Positions 37,576-63,655 of a DNA stretch of 64,000 nucleotides are shown in pieces. The stretch is from Macrostomum lignano (Eukaryota): the NCBI GenBank assembly GCA_002269645.1, contig NIVC01000029.1:620001-684000 (forward strand), written 5' to 3'. Positions within the stretch are counted from its first letter, which is position 1; each line of letters starts with the position of its first letter. The notes beneath the pieces are model-generated. The model had not been told where the DNA came from. It searched no databases and saw only the letters and a program-made list of their open reading frames with translations. A program made the position numbers and the translations under genes.

Positions 37576-38246
37576 TCATTCAACTCACTGGTCATCGAAG
37601 ACCAGCGCGACCGAATCAGCGCATATTTGGACAACCAAATATTAGTAAGGGGTAAGAAAACGAGTCCCTAAAGAGCACAGTCATCTGCACCTCCTACATC
37701 ATAGATTTATCGTGCAGCACCACCCTGTCTGCTTGTTTTTGTGGACTTTTTAATCACCGACAGCTTCACACTCTCATTGGTTGGTTGATCGGCCTTCTTG
37801 ACGTTGCACTGATTATCCCCTATTTTGCTTGCTTGTTTTCAAATTCCAAATTTAACTTTTTTTGCGCGATTCTTGATGCCTACTACGAGCAGTGACTTAT
37901 CCTAATAAATTGATCTTACAAGTAGCTCCTTTCTCAGTCTATTAATCAGTCAAAATCAGAAATCATGCGAATTCTTTAACAGGCGTGCACTTTATATGAA
38001 CGATGGTAAATCAGTAGAATAATTCTAGGAATCTCGTGAAGGCTCTCATAGTTTTTTATCGGTATCTGTCTACGGGTTGACACATTTCAGGCCATAAGCG
38101 AGCAAGTACATGTACATTCAGCGGGTCTCTCTCTCTGTCCCTGCATGGCCAATGCGATCCTGTCCCAGCAGCGTTTCTTTAATGGGCTGTGACTTTGAGA
38201 TTGACAGTTAAAAGACGCTGGCTGGAAGATTGCTTCAGAGCCCTTT

Positions 38247-38805
38247 CTCTGCCCAGCAACTGAGGATCTGGGAGGCTGGCCCAGCAACTGAGGATCTAGG
38301 AGGCTGGCCCAGCAACTGAGGATCTGGGAGGCTGGCCCAGCAACTGAGGATCTAGGAGGCTGGCCCAGAAACTGAGGATCTGGGAGGCTGGCCCAGCAAC
38401 TGAGGATCTAGGAGGCTGGCCCAGCAACTGAGGATCTGGGAGGCTGGCCCAGCAACTGAGGATCTTGGTGGCTGGCCCAGCAACTGAAGATCTGGGAGGC
38501 TGGCCCAGCAACTGAGGATCTTGGAGGCTGGCCCAGCAACTGAGGATCTTGGAGGCTGGCCCAGCAACTGAGGATCTTGGAGGCTGGCCCAGCAACTGAG
38601 GATCTTGGTGGCTGGCCCAGCAACTGTGGATCTGGGAGGCTGGCCCAGCAACTGTGGATCTGGGAGGCTGGCCCAGCAACTGGGGATCTGGGAGGCTGGC
38701 CCAGCAACTGAGGATCTGGGAGGCTATGAGCAACTGATGATCTGGGAGGCTATGAGCAACTGAGGATCTGGGAGGCTGGCCCAGCAACTGAGGATCTGGG
38801 AGGAG
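38247..38805. repeat. 28-bp minisatellite
   Basis: Unit ggaggctggcccagcaactgaggatctg. Confidence 0.93.
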
Positions 38806-39271
38806 TCAGAAGTCCGATTTCAAAAGAGCTGGCTTGTTCCCTCATAAGAGGTCTATTCTGTAAGAGTCTTGACGATGTCAAGACTGAAATGGATCCTACA
38901 AGCACCGATTGGTCTCAATATTTGGAGTATTCTCAAGTTAAGCTCCTCAAGGAACGATCCTGGACTCAAATCTACAATTGCATCGATGCCGAAAGCCCGA
39001 TCTAGCTAAGTACATTTCAGTGCAGATGAAAATTGTGTAGAAAGCAATACAACCTTAGAGAAAAACATACAAGGCATTAATCGAGTTTGTACAGACGCGG
39101 TTAAAATGATTATTACACGAGCTCACAATGTGTAGCGTCGACTCTTGCATTTTAATTATTGAGCTCACGATAAAAAACTGTCGTATAAGCTTACAGCCAT
39201 CAAAATGTTACAGAAAAGAATGTAAGTCAGCATTAACCTCTACAGACCCCGAAATCGCGTGTACATGTCGG

Positions 39272-39682
39272 TCACTGTCGATCGATTTTAACAGCATCAC
39301 TGCCATTGTTGCTAACGCTAAGGTCAGTGCTAGCTACCGGTCGCTCTTCGCCAGAAGTTTGGTCAGCACTCGGATGATCCGAAGCCGATGGCAATTGCTG
39401 CTGACTCGAACTTGGGACTTCGCTATCAACGCCTGACCCACCAACAGCGGCAGTTGCCATCGAAGCAGCCTTGGCCAGGGCAACCGCCGCCGCCCTGGCA
39501 ACCCGACTCTCGTACACAGTGTGATCGCCTCCGTCAATCTCTGTGTCGCTATCCTCAGACAGCGGCTCTTCGCAGGCACCGTAGACGCCGTCTGGATCGC
39601 TGGCCGCGGTGGCATCGTAGGCTGCCGAGGAGCCGCCAGCGCCGACACCTCGTCTGCACAGCAGGTAGAGCGAATTTCCCAT
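39272..39682 (-). CDS. Possible small acidic/low-complexity protein or first exon beginning MGNSLYLLCRR
   Basis: GC-rich, coding-like ORF with a real ATG; no family recognised. Confidence 0.3.
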   Translation of the reverse strand: MGNSLYLLCRRGVGAGGSSAAYDATAASDPDGVYGACEEPLSEDSDTEIDGGDHTVYESRVARAAAVALAKAASMATAAVGGSGVDSEVPSSSQQQLPSASDHPSADQTSGEERPVASTDLSVSNNGSDAVKIDRQ

Positions 39683-40239
39683 AATGCTCTCGTAATTGGA
39701 ACCTTAGCCGCGTTGAACTATGGCTCTATCCGGTTTCGCAATGAAGTAAGAATTTTTTAGCTCCAATTTTAGTAGCTAACTTAATAACACAGCGCGCGCA
39801 CTTGCTTATCGAAAGACAAGGTGCTGCGCCTTGAGGCGAATTCAATTAAAGCTAATATACTTCGACCGTTCCTTTTCCAAGACCTGCTGGCGTGCAATTA
39901 CAGTAGGTTATATGCACCTGCGTGCAAGGTGATTGACCAAACGTAGCTCGGTGTGCATTTCATTATCGTTCGCCTCTTGCTAGCAGACGAATGGTAAAAA
40001 AGCAACCAACCTCACAGAGAGAAGTAAACATAATAAGATCTCACAAATTTTAACGTTTCGGTTGCGTGAAAGTTTTCCTTATCAGTCCTAAGCATATTCA
40101 ATTGCATGTACATGTAAGTTAATTATGTCAACAGGTGAAAATTTTCTAGTAGATTTCCTAGAAAGCATTGTAATCCAAGGCAAAGGATGAGTTTCCCTGT
40201 ACGATTTTTGTAATTTTTCAAAGACAAATACTTTTCTAC

Positions 40240-40800
40240 GGCAATGCAGTCCGCTGCTGCTGGGAGCAGTCCGTCTGCAAGAGACTGCCTGCATGCCTGC
40301 TACCGTAAAGACTACGCCACGTGACTTGCGTCACTCTGAGCACATGCGTCTGCCAGCTGCTCTTCATCAACGACGCTTCAAGGCCAGAGCTGTGGGATCC
40401 GACGTAGGAGCGGCTGTGTGGAAGGTCGACACGTTTGACGAGCTGCTCTACGAGCGAGACGGCTGACGAACTTGAGTGCGCTGTTTGTCAGTGAGTAGCC
40501 AAATTGTGTTGGTTGCTTGAGGAGCTCAGCTCAGCACAGCCAGCAAAAAGCTCCGACTGGTTGCAGACTCCAGCGTCGACAGGAGGTGCCCGCGACCGGC
40601 TGTTACCGAATGGAGGCCTCGGGAGCGGCGGGAGGAGGCAGCGGCTTCAGCAACACGAATGGCGGCAGGGGCGCCTCCATCGCTGGCAGCTTCAACCTGA
40701 CGGGCGGCACGCGGCTGTCGGTCGTTGTGGGACAGGCGGGCGGCAGCGGCTCCGATGGGTGCAGTAGCGCCATTCAAGGCCCGATTTCGTGTCCCATTTG
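40240..40800 (+). pseudogene. Degenerate gene with a PAN-like Cys region and an ALK/LTK-type glycine-rich domain
   Basis: VPATGCYRMEASGAAGGGSG...GGRGASIAGSFNLTGGTRLSVVVGQAGG matches the Gly_rich motif; the upstream Cys-rich frame has a frameshift and a stop; the domain is truncated at its 3' end. Confidence 0.55.
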
Positions 40801-41350
40801 CTGGTTGAGGTGGCCTCTAGCGTGAACATTGTGGTCAACACATGCTTAAAACCGGTTTGCTCTCACTGCATGGATGACGTAACCAGATAGAGGACCTGAT
40901 GCGCTGTCGCCGAAGTGTACTCGCTCCCAGCATCTTCGATCTAAAGCGCTGCTTAACCATCAGAGGGCTCAGTTGTCGTTCTGCATGAGCACACTCTGTG
41001 CCGATGCACAAATACCAGCTGGTGTAGACTCTCAAGTCGTTTATTTTAGTTGTATGTCTTGGACGCAAGTCGCATACCCAGGAATTTTAAATTGGTAGCT
41101 GTGTGCCTTTTCGTTAATTAACTACGGACCTTTTTTATACAGAAGACGCCTTTAGTTAATGCTAAATGCGTTAAGAGCAAATTTTGCTTTTTAAGTTCAA
41201 AAGTTGGCTCTAAAATACACCGTAAATTAGAGAAATTTGATTGACTTCTGTACCGGTACTTCCGAGTATTATTTAAAGCCAGTAGATACGTAGTACGAAG
41301 TCTTTTCAGAAAGTCTGAAAGCGAATTCTAGAATGCTTTTCTATAATTGG

Positions 41351-41855
<505 letters not shown>

Positions 41856-42731
41856 TTATTAAAGCAGACAGCAATTACAACGTGTCGTCTTCTTGCAGCG
41901 TTCAACTGAAATCACTGTCTCACTGTCGCATGAGATGGAGCCAAATGTCCGAACACCTGCTGCAATTCCCTCACCATTTCCCCGCAGAAACTCATGGAAC
42001 TTCATCACGACGCGTAGGTCGTGTTTTGTGAACAATTGCTACATAAACATTGCAAACAGAGGACTGCAATTTAGAGTGCGATTGTTAGGAACTAAATAGA
42101 CCTGAGAGACCGGGAGTTTGTGTGTGGAAGGCAGGCCCTGTGCAATATGTTTTGATGTATCAGCGCGTCTCTGCAGTTACTGATAGACTTCGTAGTTCAA
42201 CAAAGTTTATTCACAAGGTTAAGACTTATTATAGTTGGGCAAAAACTTGCAAGAAGCGATGAAAATTTCAACTACTTAGACAGTTTGCATGTAGGTACAT
42301 AAGCATTCGAGACTTATCGTAAGGCTTATATCGACCTAACTAATAGATAGCCAGGCCCAATGGCTGCATGCGTCTCCGGCTGTCATCTGGCCTACGGCGG
42401 ATATTTCACCGTGCTTGTCTGTTGTCCCATACCTCACTTCGAGTAAAGGGACAAGACTTGTGCAGCATACTACTGACATCAGCACTGACATCATTAATCA
42501 TGCCTTTAGTGTAAAGTGTATCCGTAAATTTTCCGTGAAGACGCAAAAGAATAAAGAAATCATAAACTAGAATGCTTTTCTAGAATTAGCTAATCGGAAT
42601 GGTCTATCTCGCTCTTGTGTACTTTTGTTGCAAACGGATCTTTTCAGGAAATTTCCTGGGAACACGAGTGTCGCGTCAAATAGAACCGAATTTCCTGCTC
42701 TTATTCCTATAAAATAGTCTTGTTAGTCCTC

Positions 42732-43658
42732 TCAGCACAGTTCATACAAAAACTCGACTTCGGCATCGCTCAGAGCTCTCTCAGACACGCCGAAGCATCT
42801 CATGTAGCCCTGGAACACGCGGTTGTGACTGGAATTGCGGCTGACAACTCCAATCTCCGCGGTGCTGCCGAAATCCGCGCACGATGTGACAGCAGCTATC
42901 GGACCACTGGTGGCTTTCTGAGTTCCGTTGACGTAGATCCTGATTTCCGGTGTCTGTCTGTCGTACACTGCGGCGATGTGGGTCCAACCGCTGGCCGTGT
43001 CAGTGGGTCCAGAAAATCTGAATTTCGCTAGTGGAGCCACCACATAGAGAAGTATGTCAGTGCTTGAGGGGAAAAGCCAGAACCGCGTTCTATACAAGCC
43101 TTCCATAAGTGGCATCGCTCCTCTCGAAGCGTTGGTTACCTTGACCCACACTGACATGGTGAGGCTGGTGAGACACACTGAAGTCAGCTCGTCAATGTTG
43201 AACCTCTCTGACACACCCGACTGACCGGTGAAGTTGACGGAGTCGTCCGTGTACTGCATCGGGATGTTCTCCTGCAGGTCGAGATGGCCGCTATTCGAGA
43301 CCGCATTGCGAGTCCGAGTGGCGTTGCTCATGGGCCAGAAGGCGACGAAGCCGAGCTGGCGCAGGGCGCTCCACGCCAGGCAGTCGGTGTCGTTCGTCAG
43401 ACTGGCGGTCTGGAGACTGTCCGACATGTTGCAGACGCCTGCGCGGTGACTCCAGGCGATGCAGGGACGACTTGGCTGACTGGAGCACAGGAAGGCGCAC
43501 ATGCGGGCATTCGAGGCCGTCAGCGAGTGCTGCGGAGTCTGTGGCACCACGCAGCCTCCGAGAGAGACAACGTTTGGCAGGGTTCCATTGCCGCAGTGCG
43601 TCAGGATTGGCAGCAGAATCGCCACAGTCAGTCCTGCTAAGATGCTGCAGTTGCTCAT
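42732..43658 (-). CDS. Intronless secreted protein: signal peptide + PAN/apple-like Cys domain + LamG/concanavalin A-like (Laminin_G_3) domain, 308 aa
   Basis: Hydrophobic N-terminus; CAFLC...C...C motif; VAFWPM, TMSVWVK, WTHIAAVYD...IYVNG and FQGYM...RALSDAEV..LY are typical LamG3 motifs. Confidence 0.78.
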   Translation of the reverse strand: MSNCSILAGLTVAILLPILTHCGNGTLPNVVSLGGCVVPQTPQHSLTASNARMCAFLCSSQPSRPCIAWSHRAGVCNMSDSLQTASLTNDTDCLAWSALRQLGFVAFWPMSNATRTRNAVSNSGHLDLQENIPMQYTDDSVNFTGQSGVSERFNIDELTSVCLTSLTMSVWVKVTNASRGAMPLMEGLYRTRFWLFPSSTDILLYVVAPLAKFRFSGPTDTASGWTHIAAVYDRQTPEIRIYVNGTQKATSGPIAAVTSCADFGSTAEIGVVSRNSSHNRVFQGYMRCFGVSERALSDAEVEFLYELC

Positions 43659-44067
43659 CTCTGGGTGAAAAGTTTTAGATGATGCAGCTGTAGGAAACTC
43701 TCAGAAGCTGTAGGAGCTTCTCTTTTATTTCAATGCTTCCCCTACTGCTCTTGTCATGCGTTATAGCTGAAGACACCTCATCAAATATGCATCGGGCGAG
43801 GGAATTAGGAAAGGCAATCTGCCTATCCTACTTCTTTGACAAAACTTTTAGCAGCAAATTTCGCCAAGCCGCTTCACACGCAAGCGCGTTTTTAATGAGG
43901 AAGAAATTTCCTACCGCCTCATCCTGCAGCTTCCAGTCGCTGTTTTTCTCCAACTGCGACGGCTGCAGAAACTCCGTAGAAGAATAATTAGCTGCCATGC
44001 GAGGCAGCTGGGTCTTCGTGTTGCCATAGTTACGAAACAATATGCTGAAGTATGCTCCATAACGGAT

Positions 44068-44880
44068 GATTGTGGCGCCTCTAATGCATAGATTGTGGCG
44101 TCTCTAATGCATAGATTGTGGCGTCTCTTATGCATAGATTGTGGCGTCTCTTATGCATAGATTGTGGCGTCTTTAATGCATAGATTGTGGCGCCTCTAAT
44201 GCATAGATTGTGGGGCCTCTAACGCATAGATTGTGGCGTCTCTAATGCATAGATTGTGGCGCCTCTAACGCATAGATTGTGGCGCCTCTAATGCATAGAT
44301 TGTGGCGCCTCTAACGCATAGATTGTGGCGCCTCTAATGCATAGATTGTGGCGCCTCTAATGCATAGATTGTGGCGCCTCTAATGCATAGATTGTGGCGT
44401 CTCTAATGCATAGATTGTGGCGCCTCTAACGCATAGATTGTGGCGCCTCTAATGCATAGATTGTGGCGCCTCTAATGCATAGATTGTGGCGCCTCTAATG
44501 CATAGATTGTGGGGCCTCTAACGCATAGATTGTGGCGTCTCTAATGCATAGATTGTGGCGCCTCTAACGCATAGATTGTGGCGCCTCTAACGCATAGATT
44601 GTGGCGCCTCTAACGCATAGATTGTGGCGCCTCTAACACATAGATTGTGGCGCCTCTAACGCATAGATTGTGGCGCCTCTAATGCATAGATTGTGGCGCC
44701 TCTAATGCATAGATTGTGGCGTCTCTTATGCATAGATTGTGGCGCCTCTAATGCATAGATTGTGGCGTCTCTTATGCATAGATTGTGGCGCCTCTAATGC
44801 ATAGATTGTGGCGTCTCTAATGCATAGATTGTGGCGCCTCTAATTCATACATTGTGGCGCCTGTAATTCATAGATTGTGC
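44068..44880. repeat. 23-bp minisatellite
   Basis: Unit atagattgtggcgcctctaatgc; the same unit recurs at 52722-52900. Confidence 0.94.
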
Positions 44881-45384
44881 CGCCTTAAATATAAATAGGC
44901 TTATATTAAAATCCTATAGGGGATAGCTCGTATTGCAGCTAACTAAAATTTTAGTTATTTTGCATTCTCTCTACTTGAAGTAGTCAAATCTAGGTATGCA
45001 TGATATGCGTTCCACTTTTACGGAAATTTATCGCCTAAAAGTTTTCCACTCTATTTATTCGCCATACAGCGAACTCCCAGTTCAAATATTTTATATATGT
45101 ATTTATAGATCCATTTAGTGCTGACTTAGGGCTGAAGGTGTTTTATGTAAATAGCATAGCTACTAAAGGATTGGATCAATATGCACTCTAGCCTGGAGGC
45201 TGATCAATATTGAACTGGGGCATTATTAATGCGAGATGCAGCTGCCACACTGTCAGCCTCGCCTATCGCTGAAGGCACTTCAAGTCAATATATTGTTTTA
45301 TATTTCTCAGTCGAAAGGAACTTCTCTGATCTTTTTTATGCTTCTAAGTACAAGATAAACTCCTCAGAATACGCTTTCTGACCC

Positions 45385-45600
45385 TCTTCATAATGCTTCA
45401 GGACCTTCATGATACTTCAGGACCTTCATGATGCTTCAGAACCTTCATGATGCTTCAGGACCTTCATAATGCTTTAGGACCTTCATAATGCTTCAGGACC
45501 TTCATGATGCTTCAGGACCTATGATGCTTTAGGACCTATGATGCTTCAGGACCTTCATGATGCTTCATGCCAGGGCCTTCATGATGCTTCAGGACCTTCA
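45385..45600. repeat. 19-bp minisatellite
   Basis: Unit cttcatgatgcttcaggac. Confidence 0.88.
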
Positions 45601-45891
45601 TATATGTACACCCCAGAAAGCGTATTCTGAGGAGTTGATCATATTTAATCTTAGACTACGCCAAAACTCCCTACTTCATGCCAACACATTCATCCATAGA
45701 TCCACAGGCAGTTGCATCAGCTCTAGTTCCAGAAACAGCTCACTCTTGAAGTGCATAAAGGAGAGGAGTGTCTGCAGTACAAAGAAGCGACTGTATACAA
45801 GATTTGCCGGGGTGGCTTAAAGACGTACAACGTACAGACCACCGAAGCAGGACGTATCTTCCACACTATGGATCATTTCAAATGAACCGTC

Positions 45892-47709
45892 CAGGGGCGT
45901 CGCCAAATGAGGGGGGACAGGGGGACATGAGTGCCTGCGGCGCTGAAATGAGTGTCTGTGGCGCTAAAATGAGTGCTTGCGGCGCTAAAATGAGTGCCTG
46001 CGGCGCTGAAATGAGTGCTTGCGGCGCTAAAATGAGTTGCCTTCGGCGCTAAAATGAGTTGCCTTCGGCGCTAAAATGAGTGCCTGCGGCGCTAAACTGA
46101 GTGCCTGCGGCGCTAAAGAGTGCCCGAGGCGCTAAAATGAGTGCCTGCGGCGCTAAAATGAGTGCCTGCGGCGCTAAAATGAGTGCCTGCGGCGCTAAAA
46201 TGAGTGCCTGCGGCGCTAAAATGAGTGTCTGTGGCGCTAAAATGAGTGCTTGCGGCGCTAAAATGAGTGCCTGCGGCGCTGAAATGAGTGTCTGTGGCGC
46301 TAAAATGAGTGCTTGCGGCGCTAAAATGAGTGCCTGCGGCGCTGAAATGAGTGCTTGCGGCGCTAAAATGAGTTGCCTTCGGCGCTAAAATGAGTGCCTG
46401 CGGCGCTAAACTGAGTGCCTGCGGCGCTAAACTGAGTGCCTGCGGCGCTAAAGAGTGCCCGAGGCGCTAAAATGAGTGCCTGCGGCGCTAAAATGAGTGC
46501 CTGCGGCGCTAAAATGAGTGTCTGTGGCGCTAAAATGAGTGCTTGCGGCGCTAAAATGAGTGCCTGCGGCGCTAAAGAGTGCCCGAGGCGCTAAAATGAG
46601 TGCCTGCGGCGCTAAAATGAGTGTCTGTGGCGCTAAAATGAGTGCTTGCGGCGCTAAAATGAGTTGCCTGCGGCGCTAAACTGAGTGCCTGCGGCGCTAA
46701 AATGAGTTGCCTTCGGCGCTAAAATGAGTTGCCTTCGGCGCTAAAATGAGTGCCTGCGGCGCTAAACTGAGTGCCTGCGGCGCTAAAGAGTGCCCGAGGC
46801 GCTAAAATGAGTGCTTGCGGCGCTAAAATGAGTGCCTGCGGCGCTAAAATGAGTGCCTGCGGCGCTAAAATGAGTGCCTGCGGCGCTAAAATGAGTGCCT
46901 GCGGCGCTAAAGAGTGCCCGAGGCGCTAAAATGAGTGCCTGCGGCGCTAAAATGAGTGTCTGTGGCGCTAAAATGAGTGCTTGCGGCGCTAAAATGAGTG
47001 CCTGCGGCGCTGAAATGAGTGTCTGTGGCGCTAAAATGAGTGCTTGCGGCGCTAAAATGAGTGCCTGCGGCGCTGAAATGAGTGCTTGCGGCGCTAAAAT
47101 GAGTTGCCTTCGGCGCTAAAATGAGTTGCCTTCGGCGCTAAAATGAGTGCCTGCGGCGCTAAAATGAGTGCCTGCGGCGCTGAAATGAGTGTCTGTGGCG
47201 CTAAAATGAGTGCTTGCGGCGCTAAAATGAGTGCCTGCGGCGCTGAAATGAGTGCCTGCGGCGCTAAAATGAGTTGCCTTCGGTGCTAAAATGAGTGCCT
47301 GCGGCGCTAAAATGAGTGCCTGCGGCGCTAAACTGAGTGCCTGCGGCGCTGAAATGAGTGCCTGCGGCGCTAAAATGAGTGCCTGCGGCGCTAAAATGAG
47401 TGCCTGCGGCGCTAAAATGAGTGCCTGCGGCGCTAAAATGAGTGCCTGCGGCGCTAAAATGAGTGCCTGCGGCGCTAAAATGAGTGCCTGCGGCGCTAAA
47501 ATGAGTGCCTGCGGCGCTAAAATGAGTGCCTGCGGCGCTAAAATGAGTGCCTGCGGCGCTAAAATGAGTGCCTGCGTTGCCAAAATGGGTTTTGACAACA
47601 CCGATTCTGAAAATAATGTACATGTACATGTAAGAAAGTCATGTACATGTAACGTGTAAAATTATTGGCTTTGTCCCCCCCCACCATAAAATCCATGGCG
47701 ATGCCCCTG
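45892..47709. mobile_element. Non-autonomous hAT element carrying a 21-bp minisatellite
   Basis: TIR CAGGGGC(G/A)TCGCCA (14 bp); exact 8-bp TSD GAACCGTC at 45884-45891 and 47710-47717. Confidence 0.88.
45927..47580. repeat. 21-bp minisatellite inside the hAT element
   Basis: Unit atgagtgcctgcggcgctaaa. Confidence 0.95.
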
Positions 47710-48227
47710 GAACCGTCTGTCTGTACAAGAGGTTCGTCGGCATGCGTCCTACTGTCGGAATCGGTGCCTTGGGCGACATAGGGTCGATTCCATCGTAGTC
47801 AATAACCGCGGACCACGCAAAATGTGTGTGCGTATTGACTACTCAACTGTGTCGACCTGTGTGACTGTCTGCTACATGCACTATTCATGTTTACTGTTAG
47901 TCCCTCTTTTGCTAAATCACCTGTTAACTCATGCTTGTTCTAAAAATATTATTTATTTGTCCTCAGATCAAAGACCAATTTTTAGCATTCCGAGCGATAA
48001 TTAACCCATAGAATACCACTTTCCCGGCACATAAAGAGCCCAATAAATGAGTTTTCTTAAAAATACCTTATCGCCAATGCGCACTGCAGAAATTTGATTT
48101 TTCTTTTCCTGAAGTTGTCTATGGCAAACTCCCATGGGTTCTTTAGAGCATGCAGTACATAGCGAGTGGTGCCTTTACCTCAGCTTTCTTTAGACTTAGC
48201 CCGTATTATTAGTGTCTGCGTGTCTTC

Positions 48228-48228
48228 C

Positions 48229-48315
<87 letters not shown>

Positions 48316-48332
48316 CGTCCGTCCGTCCGTCC

Positions 48333-48364
<32 letters not shown>

Positions 48365-48393
48365 TAGTGTCTGTCTGTCTGTCTGTCTTAGTT

Positions 48394-48428
<35 letters not shown>
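48228..48428. repeat. (GTCT)n microsatellite
   Basis: Direct reading. Confidence 0.95.
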
Positions 48429-48432
<4 letters not shown>

Positions 48433-49424
48433 TTCGAGAAGTTAGATTAAGAGAGTCAAATTCAAAGCTGCATGTTCGCACAGAAAATATTCAGCCAGTG
48501 CATTAGATATGCCTTTTAAGTAAAACAAAATAAGTTTCTGTCTCATTATTTCGTGCATCAACAAAAAGAATTAAGCAACTTAGAATAAAAACACATTTAT
48601 TTATTACAGTACATTAAGTACTAACTTTGCAAGCAGTCAATAATCTACTCACAAGGCCAACAGTGCAAAAATGAGCAGGCAAAAAATAATAACCAACAAC
48701 TCTGTTTGAATCTGTTTAATTAACTTATATTCAAACAGCTACTGAACAATATTTTATCTTCTAGATATCTATTAGAATAGCCAGCTATACCAACAAAGAC
48801 TTCCGAGTGCAGATAGCGATTGAAGAAAGTTAAGTTTGGGGACAGCTAAAAATCTACGAGCGTACGTGTACACCAGAGTGCATTTGCACGCATGAAAGAC
48901 TTTCGAAAAAAATAGAAAATAATAACACCCTAAACGCGTATAAACTACTCATGTTAAGTAGTTTTCGTCTATGGTCAATTTCGAAGCTCTGAAAAAAACA
49001 AGTTTACACGCTCGCGCCAGACTGGTGCAAGAAAGTAGAAAAATAGATGACATATACGAGTCAACAAATATGTGTCAACAAAGGTTAAAGTTCATTCATA
49101 AGACTAGGCAGGTAAATATCTCCGATTAGACGTCTCTCTTGGTGGCAATTTTGTGTGCTACTTTTGCGAGCAAAAAAATCAAATCTGTCACAAAAGCATT
49201 CACTGGGATTGCTAAGGTGACGGGCTTTTTAATAGAGTTAATATCATTGGGCGAGTGCAAGTTTGCTATTATTAAATATAGCATAAACTGAACACATGCA
49301 AAGCAGTTAAAGCAGGTTCTCTGTCTCGGCAGAATTTTGCGTCTGACAAGCCCAACTGAAAGTTAATTTACTACGCCAACGAGGGGCGTGACATGGGGAT
49401 TGCTGGGAAGTTTAGTTTGACAAT

Positions 49425-50318
49425 CCTGACAGCCCTGATCTGACACTTTCTGACATCCCTGATCTGACACCTGACATCCCTGATCTGACACCTGACATCC
49501 CTGATCTGACACCTGACATCCCTGATCTGACACCTGACATCCCTGATCTGACACCTCCTGACATCCCTGATCTGACACTTCCTGACATCTCTGATCTGAC
49601 AACTCCAGACATCCCTGATCTGACAACTCCTGACATCCCTCATCTGACACCTCCTGACATCCCTGATCTGACACCTCCTGACATTCCCGATCTGACACCT
49701 CCTGACATCCCTGATCTGACACTTCCTGACATCCCTGATCTGACACCTCCTGACATCCCCGATCTGACAACTCCTGACATCCCTGATCTGACACTTCCTG
49801 ACATCCCTGATCTGACACCTCCTGACATCCCTGATCTGACAACTCCTGACATCCCTGATCTGACACCTCCTGACATCCCTGATCTGACAACTCCTGACAT
49901 CCCTGATCTGACAACTCCTGACATCCCTGATTTATGACAACTCCTGACATCCCTGATTAGACACCTTCTGACAACCCTGATCTGACAACTCCTGACATCC
50001 CTGATATATGACACCTCTTAAATCCCTGATTAGACATCTCCTGACATCCCTGATCTGACAACTCCTGACATCCCTGATTAGACACTTTCTGGCATCCCTG
50101 ATCTGACAACTCCTGACATCCCTGATCTGACAACTCCTGACATCCCTGATTTATGACAACTCCTGACATCCCTGATTAGACACCTTCTGACAACCCTGAT
50201 CTGACAACTCCTGACATCCCTGATATATGACACCTCTTAAATCCCTGATTAGACACCTCCTGATATCCCTGATCTGACACCTCCTGACATCCCTGATCTG
50301 ACAACTCCTGACATCCTC
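49425..50318. repeat. 24-bp minisatellite
   Basis: Unit ctgacatccctgatctgacaactc. Confidence 0.93.
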
Positions 50319-50719
50319 CTGCACACGCCCCCAATTTAGAAAATAAACTCTAATCTGGACACGCAAAACACACAAACAAAAATAGAGGGCAAAGTTTGTT
50401 ACTTTAGTTAAGCAAAGAATAGTTAAAAAAAGATGGTTAAAAAAGCATGTACCAAACAAAACAATGTTTTTTAAGGAATGTTTTTCTGACAGCCTGCACA
50501 AATAGCAATACGGGTACAAGCTAGTTATAAAAATAATCTTTTAAAGAAAGAAAAAAGTGTCGAACGACACACGCAATAGAAAGTGCGGCAAAGTTGAAAA
50601 CAAACATTAATATTAGTATTGTCATTTTCAGCAATAAAAAGAACGGCTCTGTTGACGTGGACGGATGCAAATATTTTGATAGGCAGCCAATCTTTGTCAT
50701 AAAATCATTTTACACAGTT

Positions 50720-51065
50720 ATCTACACTCTCCTTGCTTACCTTATACTCTCCTTGCTTATCTACCCTACACTCTCCTTGGTTATCTACCCCTACACTCTC
50801 CTTGGTTATCTACCCCTACACTCTCCTTGCTTATCTACCCTACAGTCTCCCTGCTTATCTACCCTATATTCCTTCTTATCTACCTTATACTCTCCTTGCT
50901 TATCTACCCTACACTCTCCTTGCTTATCTACCCCTACACTCTCCTCGCTTATCTACCCTACACTCTCCTTGGTTATCTACCCTACACTCTCCTTGCTTAT
51001 CTACCCTATACTCTCCTTGCTTATCTACCCTATACTCTCCTTGCCTATCTACCCTATACTGTCTG
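50720..51065. repeat. ~24-bp minisatellite just 3' of the NIM1K stop
   Basis: Unit tacactctccttgcttatctaccc. Confidence 0.9.
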
Positions 51066-51175
51066 CTCATCTACCATTTACTCTCAGCTTATCAATGATT
51101 TCTGCTCGTTTCAAAAAATTAATGAAAAAAACTTTTTTTACAATAAAAACACAATTGAGTTGACAGAGCGCAGAG

Positions 51176-63655
<12,480 letters not shown>

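Noticed and set aside
40303-40312. CCGTAAAGAC resembles my recollection of the start of a flatworm spliced-leader sequence
   Set aside because: The match stops after 10 nt; there is no leader AUG|GU or Sm site
45768-47659. (MSACGAK)n ORFs
   Set aside because: 21-bp array inside a non-autonomous hAT element
49383-50331. GGGGCGTG/CACGCCCC inverted ends around the 24-bp array as a second array-carrying MITE
   Set aside because: Only 8 bp of inverted match and no target-site duplication found
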